Assembly: GCA_963776275.1 (NCBI GenBank)
Contig: CAVZMI010000009.1
Coordinates: forward strand, 1 to 15,981
Source: Ignavibacteriota bacterium
GTDB taxonomy: Bacteria; Bacteroidota; Ignavibacteria; UBA10030; CAVZMI01
DNA: 15,981 nt
Direction of reading: 5' to 3'
This document shows positions 1 through 6,254 of the stretch, one piece after another (the first letter of the stretch is position 1; each line of letters opens with the position of its first letter). The position numbers and the translations under genes were made by a program. Below the pieces are notes generated by a model. The model ran no database searches. It saw only the letters and a list, made by a program, of their open reading frames with translations, and was not told where the DNA came from.

Positions 1-1
1 G

Positions 2-661
2 GAAGAAGGCATTGATTTCCTTAAGAAACTCAGACGGAATAATGACCGTGAGTGGTTCAATACTCATAAGGCTGAGTATGAAGAATATGTCAAATTTCCC
101 ATGCAATCGCTCATAGCGGCACTGGCTCCGGAAATGCTGGAATATGCCCCTGAGCTGGACGTACATCCCAAACGCTCGATGTTCCGGATTTACCGTGATA
201 CACGGTTTAGTAAGGATAAAACTCCCTACAAGACACACGTCGCTGCAATTTTTACACCGAAAAAGGGGGATCGTGAAGCTGCCGGTATGTACCTCCACAT
301 TGAGCCGGGGGAAGTGTATCTTGGCGGAGGGATGTATTCTATAAGTTCTGACAGACTTCGTGATATCCGAAGTGCCATCGACCGGGATTCGGGCTCATTT
401 TTGAAAATCGTAAATGAAAGAAATTTTCACAGACTTTATGGTGCTTTATTTGGCGAGAAACTTTCACGCATACCTCGAGGATTCGATCGTGATCATTCTA
501 TGCATGAATATATCCGGATGAAGCAATTCTATGCCGGATCATCACTTGACATCAATTCATGTTATTCTGTTAAGTTTATCGATATCATTCATAATCATTT
601 CCGGGCTGTCTTACCGCTTGTCCGTTTCTTGAATTCCGCCATTGGGTACGAAGAACCATGA
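2..661 (+). CDS. DUF2461 (TIGR02453) family protein, 5'-truncated by the window edge
   Basis: The frame is open from base 2 (EEGIDFLKKLRRNNDREWFNTHKAEYE...) into ORF 101..661. Family motifs NNDREWF and FRIYRDTRFSKDKTPYKT are present, as are YLHIEPG and PRGF..DH. Confidence 0.92.
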   Translation, partial: EEGIDFLKKLRRNNDREWFNTHKAEYEEYVKFPMQSLIAALAPEMLEYAPELDVHPKRSMFRIYRDTRFSKDKTPYKTHVAAIFTPKKGDREAAGMYLHIEPGEVYLGGGMYSISSDRLRDIRSAIDRDSGSFLKIVNERNFHRLYGALFGEKLSRIPRGFDRDHSMHEYIRMKQFYAGSSLDINSCYSVKFIDIIHNHFRAVLPLVRFLNSAIGYEEP

Positions 662-685
662 AGAAAACACGCAGGATAGATTATC

Positions 686-713
686 TTGACATTCACAACT
701 AAAGCGTTATATT
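686..713 (+). promoter_or_regulatory. sigma70-like promoter
   Basis: TTGACA at 686-691, 16-nt spacer, TATATT at 708-713, in the intergenic region upstream of ORFs 794 and 967. Confidence 0.55.
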
Positions 714-793
714 GAAATGACAAGAGGAATATCTTCTACTTTCATGAACTTCCTTATCCTGGAAACCTTTATTAGTGGGAAGGGAGTGAATCG

Positions 794-976
794 ATGGCTA
801 TCTCGAAAATTGGAAAATATAAAAAGAAACTCGAAGAGATATCCCTTCCTCAAAAGCAGCTGAAATATATTATCTCTCCAGTTATTAGAATTGTCTCGTT
901 TCCTTCCACAAGATCTAAACGAATAGCGCATTATACGAACCTAATTCCTGAGAAAGGTATATTTCTATGGTATTAA
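794..976 (+). CDS. small basic hypothetical protein (60 aa) or upstream ORF
   Basis: ATG preceded by AAGGGAG at SD spacing, downstream of the promoter. Its end overlaps the start of ORF 967 by 10 nt. No recognisable motif. Confidence 0.35.
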   Translation: MAISKIGKYKKKLEEISLPQKQLKYIISPVIRIVSFPSTRSKRIAHYTNLIPEKGIFLWY

Positions 977-1776
977 CGCACAAACAGACATTCATTTCTG
1001 TAATAAGTGCTTCGATTGCAATCGGAACTACTGCTTTTATTGCATTGATACAAGAAAGCAATGAAATGTATACAGGGAGATGGTGGATTCTTCTATGTAT
1101 CGTGGTCTTATGTCTGTTGACTCTCTGTATAATATCCTTTCGGGAATGGTGGATTAAAACCCAGCTGTGGCGGAAGAAACTGAACATAAAAAAGGTATAT
1201 AATAATCGTAAAGAATGCGAAGAAGAAATAAAACGGCAATACAAAGAAACAAAAAAATGCAAGATGCTTGTTCTCAGGGGAATGAGTGATTTTGTAGTTT
1301 CAGGTACTTCGCTCTTTTACAGTCTGAGTACCGAGGACGAAGACTCAATCAACCGGAAGAAAGGCACCGGTTGTGTGAAAGTTCTACTCGCCTATCCGGA
1401 CTCAAAATTTTTCTCTTCTCAAAGGTACGATCGCATCAATAAAGTTGAAGATTTGAACAAAGACTCAAAAAAAACGAAGACCGACATCAAATCGGTTGTT
1501 CAACGCCTTGAATGGATAAAGGAAAAAATAAATTTACAGTATAAATTCTTCACGGAAGGCTTTTTATGCAAGTTCTACCTTTTCGATAACGTCGGCTTTG
1601 TTGTTTTTAACGACAGGAGCACAAAAATCGATGAAGAAACCCCGATTTTGTGCGTCGAAAAATGTGAAGTAGGCGGGATGTATAATGCTCTCGATAGATA
1701 TTTTGATTTTCTTTGGGATTTTCAATCAATAAATCCGGATCAAAAACAAAAGGCACCGAGGAAAAAGTCCAAATAA
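967..1776 (+). CDS. membrane protein with two N-terminal TM helices and a catalytically degenerate PLD-like (DUF5919-like) domain
   Basis: Hydrophobic segments at about aa 8-28 and 38-57. VKVLLAYPDS, LCKFYLFD (HxKxxxxD with H replaced by L) and YFDFLW match the PLD-fold pattern. AT-rich. Confidence 0.7.
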   Translation: MVLTHKQTFISVISASIAIGTTAFIALIQESNEMYTGRWWILLCIVVLCLLTLCIISFREWWIKTQLWRKKLNIKKVYNNRKECEEEIKRQYKETKKCKMLVLRGMSDFVVSGTSLFYSLSTEDEDSINRKKGTGCVKVLLAYPDSKFFSSQRYDRINKVEDLNKDSKKTKTDIKSVVQRLEWIKEKINLQYKFFTEGFLCKFYLFDNVGFVVFNDRSTKIDEETPILCVEKCEVGGMYNALDRYFDFLWDFQSINPDQKQKAPRKKSK

Positions 1777-1807
1777 AAATGTACCGGTATATAATGCGGT
1801 TAGCGGT

Positions 1808-4009
1808 ATGACAAATCCGAAGTACAATTATTGGCTTGAAAATTTATTGCGTCTGTGCGAAAAGAATTTAAAAAAATATGACGCAAATTTAATTCGTCGT
1901 GCCTTTACGGTGGCTGTAGATGCACATAAGAGCGATCTGCGTGCTTCGGGTGAACCATACTTCTTACATCCCTATGAAGTAGCGTTGATCGTGGCAGAAG
2001 AATTACCGCTCGATGATATTTCGATCGCAAGCGCATTACTTCACGACGTGGTTGAAGATACTCCGTACGAACTGAAAGATATACGTAAAGATTTCGGCGA
2101 TGAAATATCGGACATTGTCGACGGTGTGACGAAAATTACCAGTGTTTTTGAAAGTCATGAGGTTGCACAAGTCGAGAGCTATCGGAAGCTTCTATTATCA
2201 ATGGTAAATGATGTACGCGTCATAGTAGTTAAATTTGCCGACCGTCTGCACAATATGCGGACAATAGAATACCTCCCCAACGAAAAACAGAAACAGGTGG
2301 CTACAGAAACGTTGGAGATATATGCACCATTCGCTCATAGGTTCGGACTGGCACGGGTAAAGTGGGAGCTGGAAGATATTGCATTCAAATGCTTGCATCT
2401 GACGGAATATAATAAAATAAAACGGCAGCTGCGGTCGACCAGCAAAGAGAGAGAACATTACATAAAAAATTTTGTCCGTGATTTAAATGCAAAAATCGAG
2501 GAGGTCGGTTTTAAATTTGAGGTCGAGGGAAGGCCCAAATCGATGTATAGCATTTACCGAAAAATGATGAAAAAAAATAAGCCTCTTGATGAAGGCTATG
2601 AATATAATGACATACTTGCAGTACGAATTATTATTGATACTGAAAATCCATATGATTGTTTTAGTGTTTATGGAATTGTCTCGGTAGCCTTCAAGCCGAT
2701 AGATAATCTGTATAAAGATTATATCTCCAAACCAAAGAAAAATGGTTATCAGTCAATTCATTCAACAGTAATCGGCCCCCAAGGGAAAATGGTGGAAGTC
2801 CAGATACGCACTCGGGCAATGCACGAGGTTGCCGAGAAGGGGGTCGCAGCGCACTGGCGATATAAAGAAAATGTCGCCAGCCTGGATAAAGAACTGGAAG
2901 ATTGGGTCGATTGGGTTCGGGAACTCTTCGATCACAAGCTCGACGAAGATTCACCGAAAGAACTGATGGAAAGTTTTAAGCTCAATCTATATCAGGATGA
3001 AATTTATGTCTTTACGCCGAAAGGTGAACTCAAGATCCTGCCCAAAGGCTCGACGCCGATTGATTTTGCATATGAAATACATTCACAAGTCGGCAATCAC
3101 ACCATAGGCGCAAAGGTGAATGGACGCATCGTTCCTCTGAATTCTCTTTTGAAAAGCGGCGATCAGGTGGAAATTATCACTTCGAAAAATCAGACGCCAA
3201 ATGCCGACTGGGAACAATTTGCAATCACGCACAAAGCCAAAACACATCTCCGGCGATGGATCAAAGAGGAACAGCGAAAACTTTCACTCGAGGGACGCGA
3301 GATTTGGGAAAAAAAGCTGAAACGAATACGACTGCATGTGAATGAAGACGATCTTCTGAATTTTGTTCATGCCGCAAAATTTGACAATATTACCAATTTT
3401 TATATCGGGGTGGCAAAAGGCGAAGTGAATATAGATGCATTCACCGATGAAATCGAACTGAAACTTCATCATCCTCAGCCTGTCGAGTCTGAAAAAGAAT
3501 CGATAGAGAAAACGTCAATCTTCAAACAGTTTGTCAAAACGGCACGAAGTTCGCTCGGCGGAATCCTCGTCACCGGATCGAATGATATGTTCCTGCACAA
3601 TTTTGCAAAGTGCTGCAACCCTGTACCCGGAGATGAAATTGTCGGGTTCGTAACGACCGGTGAAGGAATCAAGATTCATCGCAAATCATGTCATAATGTG
3701 GAGCGTTTTTTTGCCTCAAATGAAGACCGAATAATCGAGGTGAGCTGGCCTGTCACGGATGATCAGATCTTTATCGGCGGTATCCGTTTTTCCGGCGACG
3801 ACCGCCCCGCAATGCTTGAGGATATTACGCACGCGATCTCGACATACAATAATACAAATATCAGAAGCGTGAATATCGATTCAAAAGGGACAATGTTCGA
3901 TGGATGGATTCTACTGTACGTGAAGAATCTCGACCATCTCAACCAGATTATCAGCAGGGTGAAAAAGATTCGCGGCATCCAAGCTGTGGAACGATTTGAA
4001 AAAATGTGA
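1808..4009 (+). CDS. rel: bifunctional (p)ppGpp synthetase/hydrolase, long RSH (HD-SYNTH-TGS-ZFD-ACT)
   Basis: Hydrolase motifs RASGEPY, HP, LLHDVVED and ADRLHNMRT. Synthetase motifs GRPKS.YSI..KM, NGYQSIH and EVQIRT. TGS motif VFTPKG..DFAY.IH, AKCCNPVPGD, and a C-terminal ACT domain. Confidence 0.97.
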   Translation: MTNPKYNYWLENLLRLCEKNLKKYDANLIRRAFTVAVDAHKSDLRASGEPYFLHPYEVALIVAEELPLDDISIASALLHDVVEDTPYELKDIRKDFGDEISDIVDGVTKITSVFESHEVAQVESYRKLLLSMVNDVRVIVVKFADRLHNMRTIEYLPNEKQKQVATETLEIYAPFAHRFGLARVKWELEDIAFKCLHLTEYNKIKRQLRSTSKEREHYIKNFVRDLNAKIEEVGFKFEVEGRPKSMYSIYRKMMKKNKPLDEGYEYNDILAVRIIIDTENPYDCFSVYGIVSVAFKPIDNLYKDYISKPKKNGYQSIHSTVIGPQGKMVEVQIRTRAMHEVAEKGVAAHWRYKENVASLDKELEDWVDWVRELFDHKLDEDSPKELMESFKLNLYQDEIYVFTPKGELKILPKGSTPIDFAYEIHSQVGNHTIGAKVNGRIVPLNSLLKSGDQVEIITSKNQTPNADWEQFAITHKAKTHLRRWIKEEQRKLSLEGREIWEKKLKRIRLHVNEDDLLNFVHAAKFDNITNFYIGVAKGEVNIDAFTDEIELKLHHPQPVESEKESIEKTSIFKQFVKTARSSLGGILVTGSNDMFLHNFAKCCNPVPGDEIVGFVTTGEGIKIHRKSCHNVERFFASNEDRIIEVSWPVTDDQIFIGGIRFSGDDRPAMLEDITHAISTYNNTNIRSVNIDSKGTMFDGWILLYVKNLDHLNQIISRVKKIRGIQAVERFEKM

Positions 4010-4040
4010 CGTAAATAACCGAGAAATTTATGGTGATTCA

Positions 4041-4484
4041 ATGATACAGCTTGCCGACGGACAGCGCATTCTCGCCATCGACTATGGGACGGTCCGCATT
4101 GGAATAGCCATCAGCGATCCGCTTCGTCTCATTGCAAGAGCACTGGAAACCTGTCCCAACAACCGCAATTTCATCATACAATTGCGTTCATTCGTGCATG
4201 AATATGACATCGGAATGATCGTTGTCGGAATGCCTCTTAACCTTAAGGGAAAAGAAGAACGGAAAGCTCAGGAAGTCCGCGTGTTTATAGATCGTATTCA
4301 GAAAGAATTAACGGTTCCGATCAGGACTTGGGATGAGCGTTTTACATCGACTATAGCTAAGGATGCCATGCTTGAAATGGGGATAAAAAAGAAGAAACGG
4401 CGGGAAAAATCGCGTGTCGATCAAATTGCCGCAGCGGTGTTACTCCAAAGCTTCCTCGATGCAAGGGCGTATGAGAATGCTTAG
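4041..4484 (+). CDS. ruvX: RuvX/YqgF family nuclease (putative pre-16S rRNA nuclease)
   Basis: Motifs ILAIDYGTVRIGIAISDP, VVGMP, WDERFTS and VDQIAAAVLLQSFLD. ATG at 4041 preferred over 3996, which overlaps rel. Confidence 0.95.
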   Translation: MIQLADGQRILAIDYGTVRIGIAISDPLRLIARALETCPNNRNFIIQLRSFVHEYDIGMIVVGMPLNLKGKEERKAQEVRVFIDRIQKELTVPIRTWDERFTSTIAKDAMLEMGIKKKKRREKSRVDQIAAAVLLQSFLDARAYENA

Positions 4485-5211
4485 ATTTATTGAGAAAATA
4501 AAAACTTATAAAATAACGTATCTTCACGGCGGAACGGCACGCTGGATTATGGCCGGCATCGGATGCGTCATTCTGTTCGAATATTTTTCGCTTCCGAGCG
4601 TCAGCATCGAAGAACTAAGCCGTAAAAATGTCGGCAGCACTGCGTTGATGGAACAAAGAGCTGACGAGGCGGAAGCTCAGGGTAGACCATATCGAATCGT
4701 CCAAAGTTGGATTCTGCTCTCGAAAATATCGCGGAATCTGATCAACGCGGTGATTGTCGCCGAAGACGGCACGTTTTTCTCTCATGGCGGTTTCGATTGG
4801 TACGAGCTTCAGGAATCTATCGAGCGCAATCTGGATGAAGGGCGTCCAGCTCGTGGGGCGAGTACAATCACACAGCAGCTGGCAAAAAATTTGTATTTAT
4901 CAACGTCAAAAAGCCCGATACGAAAGCTCAAAGAGGCCGTTATCACGCTCAGACTCGAAGAACACCTGTCGAAAGAACGAATTTTGGAAATATATCTCAA
5001 TATCATCGAATGGGGGGACGGCATCTTCGGCATCGATGCTGCCGCACGAAAATATTTTGGAGTTACTGCCGGTTCATTAAGCCGGGAACAGGCGGCGTGT
5101 CTCGCCGCAGTAATTCCCAGTCCACTCAAACATTCACCAAACTCAAACAGCCGCTACGTTCTGAGAAGATCTGGGATCATACTTCGCAGGATGGAAGCGC
5201 GAGGATGGTAG
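4471..5211 (+). CDS. mtgA: monofunctional biosynthetic peptidoglycan transglycosylase (GT51)
   Basis: Motifs AEDGTFFSHGGFD, RGASTITQQLAKNL, RKLKE and KERILEIYLNIIEWG, with an N-terminal TM and no transpeptidase domain. Start at 4471 or 4477 overlaps the ruvX stop. Confidence 0.93.
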   Translation: MRMLRFIEKIKTYKITYLHGGTARWIMAGIGCVILFEYFSLPSVSIEELSRKNVGSTALMEQRADEAEAQGRPYRIVQSWILLSKISRNLINAVIVAEDGTFFSHGGFDWYELQESIERNLDEGRPARGASTITQQLAKNLYLSTSKSPIRKLKEAVITLRLEEHLSKERILEIYLNIIEWGDGIFGIDAAARKYFGVTAGSLSREQAACLAAVIPSPLKHSPNSNSRYVLRRSGIILRRMEARGW

Positions 5212-5217
5212 GATACC

Positions 5218-5880
5218 GTGAATCGATACGAGTTAGACAAGATCATTGACGAAGGAGAGGGATTTCAGATCGAGTTTAAGCGAAAAGTCTCTTCGCCGGA
5301 AAAAATTGCACGTGCCCTTTCCGCCTTTGCAAATACCCGCGGGGGAAAAATTCTCTTCGGCGTGGATGACGACGGCTCGATTGTCGGCGTCGAAAGTGAA
5401 AAGACGGAAATCGAGTTTATCGCTTTTGCAGGCGAGCAGCTGTGCGAACCGCCGGTTATCCCCGATATCGAGATCGTACCGGTGAATGGAAAAGACGTGA
5501 TCGTAGCGACGGTCTCAGAGAGCAAAGAGAAACCGCATTACTTTCTGGCCGATGCAGCGACGGAAGAAAATGGCGGTGAGCGGGTTTATATCAGAGTGAA
5601 TGATAAGACACTGATAGCGTCGAAGGAAGTCATCCACATACTTCGTGATGAGCGGAAAGAATCGAAGCCTCTTACGATCGAGATCGGCGAGAATGAACGG
5701 CGGTTGTTCAGGCATCTTGAATCGCACGAACGGATTACCGTTAAGCAATACAGCGACCTGGTCAATATTTCAGACCGGCGTGCTTCACGTATTCTCGTCC
5801 GCCTCACTCGTGCAGGTGTGATTCGAATTCATACGCTTGAAAAAACCGATTTCTTCACACTTGCGTCTCCGATGGAGTAG
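5218..5880 (+). CDS. AlbA_2 (Schlafen-like) domain protein with C-terminal winged HTH
   Basis: EGEGFQIEFKRK and SAFANTRGGKILFGVDDDG are AlbA_2 signatures. The C-terminus ITVKQYSDLVNISDRRASRILVRL..AGVI is wHTH-like. GTG start 6 nt after mtgA. Confidence 0.88.
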   Translation: MNRYELDKIIDEGEGFQIEFKRKVSSPEKIARALSAFANTRGGKILFGVDDDGSIVGVESEKTEIEFIAFAGEQLCEPPVIPDIEIVPVNGKDVIVATVSESKEKPHYFLADAATEENGGERVYIRVNDKTLIASKEVIHILRDERKESKPLTIEIGENERRLFRHLESHERITVKQYSDLVNISDRRASRILVRLTRAGVIRIHTLEKTDFFTLASPME

Positions 5881-5997
5881 GCTAACATACCACTCTACGA
5901 GCACCCGCTGGCATAAGGGGTCTACTTTAGTCCAAATATCAACCTAAAAGGATTCGTGGTCCAAAACCTCTTCCAAAAAAATATTTACGAAAAGCAC

Positions 5998-6026
5998 TTG
6001 ACAATACGATTTCTGTATATTAATTT
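5998..6026 (+). promoter_or_regulatory. sigma70-like promoter for the secreted-protein cassette
   Basis: TTGACA at 5998-6003, 17-nt spacer, TAATTT at 6021-6026, with an A-rich upstream tract. Confidence 0.5.
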
Positions 6027-6254
6027 GCGATTGTATTCTATTTCATCCTTTAGTTATAGTTTCTACGATTTAGAGACGCAAAATATACCAGGTTTCACCC
6101 CGGGCTTCATAGTAAGGTAGATTGTCACAAAATAGTAACTCACTGCGGTACTATAATAGAAGCTTCCTTGTCAATAGAGTAATCATAAACGTACTTGTGC
6201 TGTATGGATATTCTCTCGTGGGGAAGAGTATCCCGAAAAGAGAGGATTTAAGCA

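Noticed and set aside
101-661. ATG 101 as the start of the DUF2461 gene
   Set aside because: The frame is open to the window edge and contains the conserved NNDREWF motif upstream of 101.
707-1262. Minus-strand ORFs 707..931 and 915..1262
   Set aside because: They are antisense to the promoter-supported plus-strand unit and have no recognisable motifs.
1790-1795. TATAAT just upstream of rel as a dedicated promoter
   Set aside because: No credible -35 or extended -10, and the context is AT-rich.
3996-4470. Longer N-termini for ruvX (3996) and mtgA (4414) given in the ORF track
   Set aside because: They overlap the upstream genes, extensively for mtgA, and family similarity starts near ATG 4041 and ATG 4471/4477.
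6071-6130. GACGCAAAA resembling part of a c-di-GMP-I riboswitch
   Set aside because: The upstream GGCAAAC/GNRA P2 hairpin and the P1 pairing are absent.
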